Below are positions 43,653 to 54,933 of a stretch of 64,000 nucleotides of DNA, in pieces. The DNA is from Candidatus Marinacidobacterales bacterium (GTDB lineage: Bacteria > Acidobacteriota > Vicinamibacteria > Marinacidobacterales > SMYC01). The notes beneath the pieces were generated by a model that saw only the letters and a program-made list of their open reading frames with translations, was not told the DNA's origin and did not search any database. Made by a program: the position numbers and the translations under genes. Numbering within the stretch: position 1 is the stretch's first letter; the number at the start of each line of letters is the position of its first letter. The DNA lies in the NCBI GenBank assembly GCA_965224085.1, contig CBDCYI010000005.1, positions 1,856,001 through 1,920,000 on the forward strand. Direction: 5' to 3'.

Positions 43653-44434
43653 GATGCATCTCCAGAGCCCGGAGCATCCACGCGGTTCAGGACGAGCTTG
43701 CCGCGCGCCACGACACGCTCGCCGCCATGCAGTTGGTTTCGCCAGTCTCGTCGGTCGATGACGCGGTGCGTTACTTGCCGCGCTTCAGGCGACAAGTCGC
43801 GGTCAACTATAGGCCACTCGGCCATGACTTCTGTGAGGCCATCCGAAGCCGCGATCTCCGACCATCGGTCCGGGAAGGTGCTGGGCACACGCGTGAGTGC
43901 GTCGGTAAGACTGTTTGCATCCGCGATGACGCCGACGAACAGGCGAGTCGATGGAAGGCACGGTTTGCGTCCAATGAACAGTGGCCGCGCGGGCATCATC
44001 AGAGCGTCGCCAACCTGGCTCAACATTGGCACCTCCTTCGCTGGCGTGAGTGCCACCGCGCTCAGTCCGCTGGCGTCCGCGCGGTAGCGACGGAACCGAA
44101 TATGCGTGCCGTACCGTGCATCAGGACCACCGGCGCGATGCTCAGTGCGCCCGCGTGTCGTCCAGGCCGGGTTGCGCAGGTGTGCCTGGCCGAGATCTAC
44201 GGTCTGGTAGTCCTGTAACTCTTCACCTTCGCGCACCAGTGCGCTGGCGATTGACAAGCGCACTTGCAAGGCCTGCAACCGGTCGAAGTCGCCATGCGCG
44301 TAGCCGAGCGCGTTCGCAAGCAGGCCAGTGATCTGGCTTATCGTTGGGAACCGTCCCGTCGGTCCGATCTGGTCGACTTGGGGGCTGCCGAAACTCATGA
44401 GCGGCGCTTCCAGGTGAAGAATGAGCGCCTGCAT
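43649..44434 (-). CDS. cas5e: Type I-E Cas5e (CasD)
   Basis: LILHLEAPLMSFG, FPTISQITGLLANALG, DYQTV, PLFIGRKPCLPS. Confidence 0.93.
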   Translation of the reverse strand: MQALILHLEAPLMSFGSPQVDQIGPTGRFPTISQITGLLANALGYAHGDFDRLQALQVRLSIASALVREGEELQDYQTVDLGQAHLRNPAWTTRGRTEHRAGGPDARYGTHIRFRRYRADASGLSAVALTPAKEVPMLSQVGDALMMPARPLFIGRKPCLPSTRLFVGVIADANSLTDALTRVPSTFPDRWSEIAASDGLTEVMAEWPIVDRDLSPEARQVTHRVIDRRDWRNQLHGGERVVARGKLVLNRVDAPGSGDAS

Positions 44435-45603
44435 CAGCCAGCCTCCCCCACCTGATCGGCCACCCATTGCGCGAGCGCGTCCACTGTGACTCTCTCGCCG
44501 GCGTGGTCCGGCGCTGGCTCAATCATGGTTGCGACCCGGCGGTCCTCGTGCGCGCCGTACATGACGTCGTAGCGGCCAAGATATTTGCCGATCTCGTCGG
44601 CCGCTTTCTCCTTGGCGCCCTTCTTGGGGACGGGACTCATGAAGGCGTTCGCAAGTGTGCGTGGTTGGCGCTCACCGGTCTCCGCCAACATCAGTTCGGC
44701 GCAGGCGTACGGAGCTGTCGCTCCTCGCTTGGCGCCGGGGGAGACCGTTGCGATCAGGTGAACCAGTCGGCGGAGAACTTCCGCTGTCAGCACGTGATCG
44801 CCGGACAGGTTGTTGACAAGCTGGCGCAAATCGACGACGATGTAGGCGTAGAACAGCCCACTGGTCAGTTCGCTCGTGTTGATATGACCGGAGCCGAGTT
44901 CACCCTTAGCGGCGACCAGGTCGTCGAGCGCCGAGAAATAATCGGGCTCTGTCTCTTCGGCCTGGACAGTGAAGCTGTGTGCCACATGCACGGCCGCGTC
45001 GGCGCGCGCCATCAGGTCAGAGGTCACCATGCGCCCGAAGATCGAGGCATCAAGGCCGGAACCCATGGCCAGCGCCTTCAGATTCGTCTTCTTTGCCTTG
45101 TCCTTAAAGTAGGCATCAACCGCTTTGGCAGTCGCCTCAGCATCGTCCTGGGCGAGCTCAGCGGCACAGTCCGTGAGGAAAGCGATTTCAGGCTCGCCCA
45201 GGACAATCACCTGTTCCGTGTGCAAGCCCTCAAGCGGGTTGGCGCCCTCGCTCGGCTTTTCCTTACGTGCCTGCTTCGCCTTGATGCTCTCGCCCAGCAC
45301 CGCAGCCCGGATAGGCTTGAGCACATTGACGATCTGCTGCTCCGAGAATCCTCGTTCCTGCAACCGGCCGGCGATCACGTCGCTGAACACGCGACGTGAT
45401 CGGGTGGATTTGCCGCTGCCCAGCTCCTGCAGTGACCACTCGCCGGTCGCTTCCCGCCAGTGCCTCTTGAGGCACTGCGACGAGACGCGAATGCGATCAT
45501 AGCCGCCGAACGGCAGGCGCTTCGCTCGGCCGACATCGTCGCGGTTCAGCAGCGTTGCTGAGTAGCCGGTGAGGGTGTGGAGTTGGAGAAAGCGTGGGTT
45601 CAT
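44434..45603 (-). CDS. cas7e: Type I-E Cas7 (Cse4/CasC)
   Basis: FLQLHTL, LLNRDDVGRAK, RIRVSSQCLKR, IFGRMVTSD, VHVAHSFTV, DYFSALDDL, QPRTLANAF. Confidence 0.95.
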   Translation of the reverse strand: MNPRFLQLHTLTGYSATLLNRDDVGRAKRLPFGGYDRIRVSSQCLKRHWREATGEWSLQELGSGKSTRSRRVFSDVIAGRLQERGFSEQQIVNVLKPIRAAVLGESIKAKQARKEKPSEGANPLEGLHTEQVIVLGEPEIAFLTDCAAELAQDDAEATAKAVDAYFKDKAKKTNLKALAMGSGLDASIFGRMVTSDLMARADAAVHVAHSFTVQAEETEPDYFSALDDLVAAKGELGSGHINTSELTSGLFYAYIVVDLRQLVNNLSGDHVLTAEVLRRLVHLIATVSPGAKRGATAPYACAELMLAETGERQPRTLANAFMSPVPKKGAKEKAADEIGKYLGRYDVMYGAHEDRRVATMIEPAPDHAGERVTVDALAQWVADQVGEAG

Positions 45604-45618
45604 AATCGGGTCTCCTTA

Positions 45619-46056
45619 CTAATTGGATGATCGCTGGGCCGGTACACGGAAGTAATCTTGCGCCATCCGGTGGCTGGCGATCCGATGGTGGACTCTTAGG
45701 CCCAAGTGCTTGAGCATTAGGTGAGCCGGCTGCTCCCAGTTGGCTTTACCCCGGCACGCGCGAGCCAAGCGCCGGCGACACGAAGTTCGCGAGCCAGCGC
45801 CGAGCCTTCGGCGCGTAACAACCGGACGAAACGACCTTCTGAGTATTCCGTGGCGGCAAGCGCCGCACCGAACGGCTGATCGAACGAGTGTGGGTTCGGT
45901 GCCATCTCGGCCATGGCGCGAACAAGCGCAGCCCATGCTAGATCGACACCTGTGTTGACGTGACCATCGCGTTCCCGCCATTCCGCGGGTACGTTCGTCA
46001 GGTACTGTTTCCAGAACGCTGGCGGAAGGTCGTCGTCCGTAATCCGCCGAAGCGCT
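45619..46056 (-). pseudogene. cse2: Type I-E Cse2 (Cas11/CasB), 5'-truncated and frameshifted
   Basis: AALRR...PPAFW, FGAALA...SEGRFVRLLRA, C-terminal RMAQDYFR. Confidence 0.8.
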
Positions 46057-46497
46057 GCCTTGGTGCACAACTCCGATAGAGGCCGAGAACTCGCTTGGCC
46101 CCGGCTCCCATCATCCGATCATCTCGCTATCAGGCATCCCGAGCGCCGTCATGGTGTTGAGAATCTTGCACCCGATCCTTGCCTCGACTCTCTGTGCCGC
46201 CAACCCTCTCGCTCGCATCGCTGAGCCCACGATAGCCTTGTAGCGATGGAACGTTGTCTCGACTTTGCTCCGTTTGCTGTAGCCCGATTCTGTGTGCCAC
46301 TTTCGTTTGCCGAGCCGAGCTTGTGCTGCAATGTTGCGATTGCGCTGTCGGCTGCTCGCCGGCCCCGATGCGAGCTGGGCGCCCTTGCGCGGCGGTATCA
46401 GCACCCTCGGCGAGCGATGAGCGCTGTGATTCTCGATTGCCTCATAGACGCCGCTGGCGTCGTATGCGGTGTCAGCTCTGGCCGATGAGATGGGACT
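46057..46497 (-). mobile_element. IS5 (IS903 group) 3' fragment cutting cse2
   Basis: Near-identical to 25457-25895. Confidence 0.9.
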
Positions 46498-47117
46498 AGT
46501 TCGGGACGGTAGGACAGCCCGTCGAGGGAGTCGAGGTCAGGATCGCGAAGGATGGAGAGATCCTGGTCCGTGGGCCCAACGTCATGAAGGGCTACTACAA
46601 GAACGAGGCAGCCACTCGAGAGGCCATTGACGAGGACGACTTCTTCCATACCGGTGACGTAGGGGTTCTCGACTCAGACGGGTTTCTTGCCATCACCGAC
46701 CGCAAGAAGGACCTCATCGTTACCGCGGGAGGCAAGAACATCGCTCCCCAGCCCATCGAGGGCCGCGTCAAGACGAACGCTTACATTGCGGAGTTCGTCC
46801 TGGTGGGCAACAAGCGGAAGTTCCCGGCAGCGATCGTGGTGCCTGATTTCGAGAAGCTCGGTGCCTGGTGCAAGGAGCAATCCATCGACGCCTCCGACCG
46901 GAACTCGATGACCGGTCATCCCGATGTGATCGCTTTCATGGAGAGCCAAGTACAGTCGATGACCTCGCACCTCGCGCAGTTCGAGAAGATCAAGAAGATC
47001 ACCCTGATAGCAACGGAATTCACTCTGGAGGGCGGGGAGCTGACGCCGACGCTCAAGGTGAAACGAAAGGTTATCGAGGCCCGTTACAAGGACGTCATCG
47101 ATCGGATGTACGAGTGA
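46498..47117 (+). pseudogene. Long-chain fatty-acid-CoA ligase C-terminal fragment
   Basis: GEILVRGPNVMKGYY, FHTGDVG, TDRKKDLIVTAGGKNIAPQPIE, ELTPTLKVKR. Confidence 0.9.
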
Positions 47118-47625
47118 CCCCGTCCTGTGCCAAAACTCGGCCCTTTTGAAATAGACTATAAATCAGCAGCTTAGTATCTGTGTTTGCGACCGGACCAAGG
47201 AGGGTAGCTCTGCTCAATGGTTGTTGCAGGCCCCACCGTCCACGCCGCGTCAACTGGTCGCTTGTAACGTTACCAGTGGATCAAGTTTTGGCACAGGACG
47301 GGGTATAGCCACGCTCCATCTCTGGATCCAGCCGCAGCCCGTTACGGGTGAGGAGTAGGGTTGGAGTCGTTCGACCCAAGAGGCTGAGAAATTTGTAAGT
47401 CACTAGCCAGTGTGGTAGCGATCATCAGACGGGCCCGAGCTAGCTCCCTGGGGTAATAGTCCTTGTGCGGCTCCATGCTTAGAAGGTGGTACCACTTGTG
47501 GGGGGTGCGGCGACAGGAGCAGGGATGGACTCGGTGAACGCGTCAAGGTGACTGGAATGAACGGGCTCGTCCTCCGAGTGAAGCCCTTTTCGGGGGACTC
47601 GACGGAATCAGAAAAGGAGTGAGCG

Positions 47626-48055
47626 ATGTTTGGGCTACCGTTGGGTTGGTTTATTGGTCTTATTCTTCTCGCAATCTTTTTCCTCAATTGGATCAAGGTT
47701 CTCAACGAGTACGAGCGAGGAGTCATCTTTCGCTTCGGGAAGCTCCTGCCCTATCCCAAGGGGCCGGGACTCATCTTCGTCTTCAGCCCGATCGATCGCA
47801 TGGTGAAGATGAGTCTCCGACTGGTGGCTCTCGACGTGCCGCCCCAGGATGTGATCACTCGCGACAACGTTTCGGTGAAGGTAAACGCGGTGGTTTTCTT
47901 CCGTGTCGTTCATCCGATCAAGGCGGTGGTCGAGGTGGAGAACTTTCTCCATGCGACTTCTCAGCTTGCGCAAACGATGCTCCGCAGCGTCCTCGGTCAA
48001 GTGGAGCTCGATGATCTTCTATCCGAACGTGAGCGGCTCAACATGCAGCTCCAGG
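47626..48055 (+). pseudogene. Stomatin/SPFH (slipin) protein, 3'-truncated; preceded by an nfeD tail
   Basis: [46 protein letters not shown]; upstream GERVKVTGMNGLVLRV. Confidence 0.9.
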
Positions 48056-49104
48056 CTCCTTGGACGACTCTGAGCGAAAGCCGGGTGAGGCTCGCCGCGG
48101 TTATCACTACGCTGATCCTCGGGATTACGACGTATTGCTGTGCACGTCATCGGTCGAGGTGGGCGTCACCTTTCACAGCACGCTCATGTTCATGGAGCCC
48201 GGGCATGATCTCGCGAGTTTCGTGCAGCGTATCGGGCGGGTCTCTCGCGGCAAAGACGATGGACAGGTCATTGTATCCTTGTCCAAGGATCGGCGTAATC
48301 GCCACACCTGGATCCGACACATCGCGACGATCATTGAAAGTGACGAGGAACTAAGCCCCCAGACGGTCACGGATAAGATTCTTCGCGATGCGCGAAATCG
48401 TATTTGTCCGACGCGCAAAGAAGCAGAAGCAGACTTCGCCTCGGACGGTTCGACGGTGCCATTCTATCGACGGGCCTCGTGGCGTGGAGCATTCTGGGCA
48501 GCACTGTTCATCGTAGCAGTACGGCGAACCAAAATGAAGGTACAGAAAGAGGCGAAAGAACGTCTGCGCCAAATTTCACCGCGCGTGGTGAAGTTCGTGG
48601 AGGCAAAAATCTGGGAGATTTTGTCGGTCGATGTGGTCAACGATAACCTGCCGCAGCGCTCGCAGCCGCACAAGCGCTGGGTCGACGCGTTGCTTAGCAG
48701 TGCGCTCACGTACCGCGACATCGGCTCGACGATCACGGTTGTGGACCCAAATGGTACGCGTCATTCCGCAACGGAGTCCTTTCTGTGCCGCGCAACGAAC
48801 ATTCTCAATCGGCACATTGAATCTGAAGCGGACGGAGAGCGGGTCATCCATTTGAGATCGCGGACTCTCAACGAGGAAATCAACTCGTTCCCCGGCAAAC
48901 CAGAGCTGCAGAGGATGACGCTTCACATTCGTTCGCCGATTGGGGATCGTGGATTCTCGCTTTCGATTTCGGAACAGGAGAAGCGAACCGAGCGACTGAA
49001 CGCTCGTTTGGTCGAGGAGTGGAAACACCAGTTTGCCAAATTCATCCCGGCGGGGGACGAGCACGTGCAAGACCCGCGCAAAAAGGTGATGGGCGCCGCG
49101 ACCG
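48056..49104 (+). pseudogene. SF2 helicase C-terminal fragment resembling type I-D Cas3'
   Basis: [15 protein letters not shown]...[13 protein letters not shown] (motifs V/VI), later LTYRD; cut on both sides. Confidence 0.55.
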
Positions 49105-49812
49105 CCCGCTGGCCCGAAGAAGCGACGGATGACCTTCTGGTAGAATTCGAATCCATCCGTGACGATCAGGGGAAGACGTCCGAAATTCATCCGCCTCGAA
49201 AGGTCGCGAAACAGAGCGTGAGTGTTCCGGTAGCTTCGCCTTCCCGTCACCGTCGATGGCCAGAGCCGAGACCAGACCTCGATCGTAACGAAGACCCAAC
49301 TCGGCGTCTTCTTGTTGCCCGCGAACGTGCGAATCTCGTCGGCTTGAAGCTCTTCGGCAGCGAAGCCAGCGATCCTTCTGTGATTGAATCGACGACACAC
49401 TTGGGCTGCCTTCTCGAGCCAGCGGGCGACGGTGTTCCAGGCAATCCCTTCGATCCGGGAAATCGCGGAAATGCTGACACCCTCGACTCTGAGAGCGATG
49501 ACCCCATCGAAAGTAGCTCTTCGATGTTGGAGACGGTAGTAGGGCGTGCCTTTCGTCGAAGAGAACGTCTTGCCGCACTCGCCGCACCGGTATCGACGGC
49601 GTTTCCCGGACCTCGTTCTGTAGAATCCGTTGTGAATAATGCTTCTGGAACCGACTGTTCCATACGACGGACATGCGGGATTGAGACATCTGCGATTCTT
49701 CACTTCGGCTCGGCCCTGACGATGAGAGAACTGTGTCTTCAGAATTCTGGTTCAAACTCTAGCACGCGAACGGGTTACGCGGCAGCCACCAACACTTCAT
49801 GGCGGAAGCACC
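49105..49812 (-). mobile_element. IS1-family element left end and transposase N-terminal part
   Basis: End GGTGCTTCCGCCATGAAGTGTTGGTGG; Zn finger, HTH (NTVARWL), LQADE. Confidence 0.85.
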
Positions 49813-49932
49813 ACCTTTTTTGCAAAGGGATGCGTACACATCACCAACAGCAAACAGCGCAAGCATCCAACAGCAAGGGGCTGCGGCTTGACTCAAACTA
49901 ACGAGTCTCCGGGAACCCCCCGTGGGCGGTTC

Positions 49933-52686
49933 ATGCGAGGAATCTGTGTAGTCGTCTTGGCGGGCGTTGTGTTGCTGTTGGGCCTATCTCCCAGTACGTT
50001 TGCCCAGGAGAATGCCACATTGAGTGGAACCGTGACCGACAGCACTGGAGCAGTCATTCCCGGTGCGGTCGTCACGGCGACCAACAACACAACTGAAATG
50101 GTTGCTACACGTGTGACGAACGAAATCGGAAATTACGAGTTCAGTTTGCCACCCGGGCTCTACACACTCACCGCGGAGGTGCCCTACTTCCAAACCGGGA
50201 TTTATAGCGATGTCGAACTGAGGGCGGCCCAACCGGTCCTGCTGCACTTTATCCTTGAGGTGGGCGCGGTGACCACGACCGTCATGGTCGGAACCCGCGT
50301 GCGGCCACGGTCGGTAACCGAGTCGACGGTACCGATTGACGTCATCTTAACCGACGAACTCGTTAATCAAGGCGACACCGATTTGAGTAATCGGTTGCGA
50401 ACCATCATTCCGTCTTACAATGTCAATACTCAACTCACCGACGCGTCCAAAATTTCCCGGCCGGCGAATCTACGCAACCTGGCACCCGACCACACGCTGG
50501 TACTGGTCAATGGGAAACGCCGCCATCGCTCGGCGATCATCACCTGGGGTGGCAACGGCGTGGCCGATGGCGCACAGGGGCCGGATATCTCGGCCATCCC
50601 ATCGATCGCACTGCGGCAGGTGGAGGTGCTGCGCGACGGCGCAGCGGCGCAGTACGGCTCGGATGCCATAGCCGGTGTGCTTAATTTCCAGCTCAAGGAC
50701 GCCCGGTCTGGTGGCAGTGTCGAGTTTCACACCGGGATCCACCACGACGGTGGAGGGGAAGGGTACACCATTGCCAGCAATGTCGGGTTGCCGCTCGGCG
50801 TGACCGGCTTCGCCAACCTCAGTCTCGAATACGGCAACTCCAATTCGACCAACCGCAGCATTCAGCGCGCTGATGCGGCGGCACTGATCGCGGTCGGTAA
50901 CAACCATGTCCGCAATCCGGCCCAGATCTGGGGCTCTCCGGAGTTCGACGATGATCTCAAGTTTTTCGGCAATTTCGGCTACCGGTTTAGCAATGGCTTG
51001 CAGTTCTACGGCCACACCAACTATGCCAGCAAGAAGGCAACATGGGGCTTTTTCTTCAGGAATCCCAACACCCGCGGTGGGGTGTTCAGCAATGACAGCG
51101 GCAAGACCCTGCTCATCGGCGACCTGCTCGCCGCGCGCGGCGAAGGCTCCGCGAACTGCCCCACGGTGACCATCACCAACCATGTGCCCGATCCGGAGGC
51201 CCTCGCCCAGGTTTTCGCCGATCCAAACTGTTTTTCCTTCCAGGAACGTTTTCCGGGCGGCTTCACTCCGAGTTTCGGCGGCGACGCGACCGATGGGTCG
51301 GTGGTCGCCGGCCTGCGCGGGGTCACGTCCCGTGGCATCGTCTGGGATGCGAGCTTCAGCATCGGCTCCAACGAGGCGGACTTTTTCATCCATAACACCG
51401 TCAACGCCTCCTTTGGACCGGATACGCCCACGTCGTTCGATCCCGGCCTCTACCGACAGCAGGAACTCGGCATCAACGTCGACGTCTCCTATGCTGTCAA
51501 CGACAGGGTCCACCTCGCCGGTGGTGCCGAATGGCGTGACGAACAGTTCACGATCGGCCTCGGCCAGCGCGAGTCGTGGGACTTCGGTCCCTTGGCTGCG
51601 CAGGGCTTTTCCGCCGGGTCCAACGGCTTCCCAGGCTTCAGCCCGATTGCAGCGGGGAAGTGGAGTCGCAGCAACGTGGCGCTCTACGGCGACGTCGAGT
51701 TGCGAGGCCTGGAAGACCGGTGGAACCTCGGCATTGCCGCGAGGGTCGAAGACTTCGAGGACTTCGGCACCACGGTCAATGGCAAGCTCTCCGGCAGGTT
51801 CCGGCTCAACCGGGTCGTCGCGCTCCGCGCCAGCGTCAGTAGAGGCTTCCGTGCGCCGACGCCCGGGCAGCAGAACGCGTTCAATGTGTCGACTCTATAC
51901 GACTCGACGCTCATGGACTTGGTGAACCGAGGCACGATTCCATCGACTTCCGAACTCGCGCAACGATACGGCGGGCAGCCGCTCCAGCCTGAGACATCGG
52001 CCAACTACACTGTCGGGACGACCGTCGATACCGGCCCCTTCACCTTCACGGCTGACTACTTTCGCATCGATCTGTCCGACCGCTTTGGGAACTCGAGAGA
52101 CATCAATCTCTCGCCGGACGAAGTCGACATCCTCGTCGCGGAGGGGATCACCAGCGCCAGCAACCTACGAAGCTTCCGGTTCTTCATTAATGACTTTGCG
52201 ACGAAGACTCAGGGAATCGACGTGGTTTCGACCTACACGCCGCTAGCCCTCGGAGGCGACACCATGTTCAGCGTCGCCTTCAACCACACCAACACGGATG
52301 TCACGGAGTTCAACCCGCAGACGCTCTCGCCCAACCGAATCCGTCGATTGGAAGCAGCATTGCCTGAAACCCGCTGGAATTTCAGCGCCAAACAGCGCAT
52401 CGGGCGGATGAACCTCCTTGGCCGCTTGAGTTACTACGGCGGCTGGTTCGACGGCGACGACCCGGCATTCTACGACGGTAAACCCCTCGTTGATCTCGAA
52501 TTCAGCTTGCCACTCTCCGATTCCACCACGTTGAGATTCGGCTCACGCAATGTGTTCAATACCTACCCGGACGAGAGCATCATCGCGTTGCGTACAGGGG
52601 AACTCTACAGCAGGTACACGCCGTGGGGCTTCAACGGCGGCTACTACTACCTCAGCCTAAGCTACATTTGGAAGACATCACCGTAG
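49933..52686 (+). CDS. TonB-dependent receptor with carboxypeptidase-regulatory-like N-domain
   Basis: Signal peptide, LSGTVTDSTGAVIPGA, LVLVNGKRRH, VEVLRDGAAAQYGSDAIAGVLN, NVFNTYPD. Confidence 0.93.
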   Translation: MRGICVVVLAGVVLLLGLSPSTFAQENATLSGTVTDSTGAVIPGAVVTATNNTTEMVATRVTNEIGNYEFSLPPGLYTLTAEVPYFQTGIYSDVELRAAQPVLLHFILEVGAVTTTVMVGTRVRPRSVTESTVPIDVILTDELVNQGDTDLSNRLRTIIPSYNVNTQLTDASKISRPANLRNLAPDHTLVLVNGKRRHRSAIITWGGNGVADGAQGPDISAIPSIALRQVEVLRDGAAAQYGSDAIAGVLNFQLKDARSGGSVEFHTGIHHDGGGEGYTIASNVGLPLGVTGFANLSLEYGNSNSTNRSIQRADAAALIAVGNNHVRNPAQIWGSPEFDDDLKFFGNFGYRFSNGLQFYGHTNYASKKATWGFFFRNPNTRGGVFSNDSGKTLLIGDLLAARGEGSANCPTVTITNHVPDPEALAQVFADPNCFSFQERFPGGFTPSFGGDATDGSVVAGLRGVTSRGIVWDASFSIGSNEADFFIHNTVNASFGPDTPTSFDPGLYRQQELGINVDVSYAVNDRVHLAGGAEWRDEQFTIGLGQRESWDFGPLAAQGFSAGSNGFPGFSPIAAGKWSRSNVALYGDVELRGLEDRWNLGIAARVEDFEDFGTTVNGKLSGRFRLNRVVALRASVSRGFRAPTPGQQNAFNVSTLYDSTLMDLVNRGTIPSTSELAQRYGGQPLQPETSANYTVGTTVDTGPFTFTADYFRIDLSDRFGNSRDINLSPDEVDILVAEGITSASNLRSFRFFINDFATKTQGIDVVSTYTPLALGGDTMFSVAFNHTNTDVTEFNPQTLSPNRIRRLEAALPETRWNFSAKQRIGRMNLLGRLSYYGGWFDGDDPAFYDGKPLVDLEFSLPLSDSTTLRFGSRNVFNTYPDESIIALRTGELYSRYTPWGFNGGYYYLSLSYIWKTSP

Positions 52687-52807
52687 GTTGTGCATCATCA
52701 ATATCCGTCCGCTCCTGAAATCAAGGACTTACGCACCGTTCACGCCTCGGCCAACGAGCGCATCTCCCGCTTGAGATCCCGGTCTTGAGACGGCAAACTC
52801 TGCCGCC

Positions 52808-52987
52808 ATGCTCCGTGTCCTCATCTTCCTCGTCTCACTCGGCGCCCGTGCGATCCGGGCGATGTGTCGGTGCCGAGCCGACCTCGTGATTGAAAACCTG
52901 GCCCTGCGGCAGCAAGTTACGGCGTTGAAGAAGGAACGCCCCCGGCCACCGCTCGAGGACACGGACCGAGCATTCTGGGTTGCGCTC
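52808..52987 (+). mobile_element. rve-type transposase N-terminal fragment
   Basis: DLVIENLALRQQV...RPPLEDTDRAFWV. Confidence 0.75.
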
Positions 52988-54074
52988 GGCGTTGTTGCAC
53001 CGCTCTTGGCTGAGCGCGAAATCTACCTATGGTGGTGGCCGAGGTAATGTTCGACCATGAAGTATCCCAAGCGCAGCCAGTACAAGCACGCGAAGCAGAA
53101 GAAGTACCACGTTTCCAACTGGGCGGAATACAACGAAGGGCTGCGCCGCCGGGGCGATTTGACGGTCTGGTTTGACGAGGAGGCAATCGCGAACTGGAAG
53201 GCCGACAAGAGCGGTAAGCCTGGCGGTCAACGGGTCTATTCAGAGATGGCGATTGAAACGGGCCTGGTTGTCCGGATGGTGTACAAGCTTGCCTACCGCC
53301 AAACCGAAGGCTTCTTGAACTCGATCGCCTCGCTTCTCCGGCTGTGTATCGAGATCCCGGACTACTCGACATTGTGTCGGCGGTCGAGGCTGCTCCGCAA
53401 GAAGCTGCGGATTGGGAAAGCCGCAAGCAATCAACCAATCCACCTGATGATCGATAGCACGGGCTTGAGGATTCATGTTGGAACCACCCGCAAACCGCCA
53501 AAGCAGCGCGCCTGGCGCAAGTTGCACATCGCCGTTGATCGCAAGACCGGCAACATTGTTGCGTCCGAACTGACGGCGTCACGAGCTCGCGACGCAACGC
53601 GAGTCCCCCCTTTGCTAACACAGATTCAAGCACCTATAGCGTCGGTGGCGGCGGACAGTGCATACGACAAGGAAGCGGTCTACGAAGCCATCGAAGCGCA
53701 CAGCCCTGGACGAAGGACGCGCGTGGTGATTCCGCCGCAACGAAACGCCACGCTCAGTCAGAATTCGAACACCGCCATGCGGGAACGCGACCGCCATATT
53801 CGTGCCATCGAAAGACACGGCCGACGTGAATGGTACAAGCTCTCAGGCTGCACCGAGCGAAGCATGGTGGAGAACGCGGTCTATCGTTACAAGGCGATCA
53901 TGGGGCCCGAGATGCGGGCTCGAACGTTGGCGAGGCAACGAGTTGAACACAGAATTGGGTGCGAGATACTCAACAAGATGACCGCGCTCGGCATGCCCGA
54001 TACTTACTGCGCCGGGTGACTCTCCGACCGGCACAGGGAGGTCAGCGATTTGCTCCGGGCCGTGCAACAACGCC
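52988..54074 (+). mobile_element. Complete IS5 (IS903 group) element, transposase 53057-54019
   Basis: IRs GGCGTTGTTGCAC / GTGCAACAACGCC; PDYSTLCRR, IDSTGL, WRKLH, ADSAYD. Confidence 0.93.
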
Positions 54075-54331
54075 TCGCTGAGCCCACGATAGCCTTGTAG
54101 CGATGGAACGTTGTCTCGACTTTGCTCCGTTTGCTGTAGCCCGATTCTGTGTGCCACTTTCGTTTGCCGAGCCGAGCTTGTGCTGCAATGTTGCGATTGC
54201 GCTGTCGGCTGCTCGCCGGCAGGCCTTCTTCACATACTTCCGCTGAGTGCGTTTGAAAATGCTCATGGGGAACCTCGTATCCGCGAGTACAGGACAATTG
54301 TGGACCGAGATCGCGAGTTGTGCACCAAGGC

Positions 54332-54815
54332 ATCGACTCGCCAGCTTCTTTTCGATCCGAGACTGGCGCTGGATCAACCAATCCATTGCCGCATAGAGAT
54401 CATCTTCGTCCGCATCGACCACGCCGAGCTCTTGCGCCAGCGTTGTCGTGTGCCACAGTCGTGTCGTGCCCAACTTCGAGCTGGGATGAATGAGTTGCTC
54501 GGCAATCATGGCGATAACCAGATCGCGTTCGCGACATCGTTTCGACGCGATGAGTCTATCGAGTTCCAGTTGGTGGATGGTGCCGAGCACTGCCTCGACA
54601 TGGCCGTGGGGCAGTGTCCGCTGCACGACGAACACATCCGACGGAGCCATCAAGGGCTCGTCTCTCAGTAAGCGTCGCAGGGCTTCGACCTTGGCCTTGG
54701 GCCACTCCGTCAGATTGGCGATGGTGCGCTTTCGGATGCGCTTTCCCTCTCGCCAACCCTCGCGCAACAAGATGGCTGGCCGGGAGTTCCGGTTGGGAAC
54801 GATGTCGACATACAT
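54332..54815 (-). mobile_element. IS1634-family transposase N-terminal fragment (flanked by IS5 pieces 54075-54331)
   Basis: PAILLREGWREG, HGHVEAV, PSSKL, LYAAMDWL. Confidence 0.85.
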
Positions 54816-54933
54816 GGCAACAATAATACACATAAAAAGCTTAATATCAATATAAAACAGATCAATACATGGGAAAACTTGTGGGGCCACATTTTCTCGT
54901 TTCCCACTTAGAATCAATGAATTACACCCCGTT

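Noticed and set aside
43101-46497. CRISPR-associated transposon (Cascade beside transposases)
   Set aside because: No tnsB/tnsC/tniQ. The neighbouring IS pieces truncate the cas genes and are scattered throughout the window.
48060-49901. 613-aa ORF as a single protein
   Set aside because: Chimera of a helicase fragment and the antisense strand of an IS1 transposase from about 49105.
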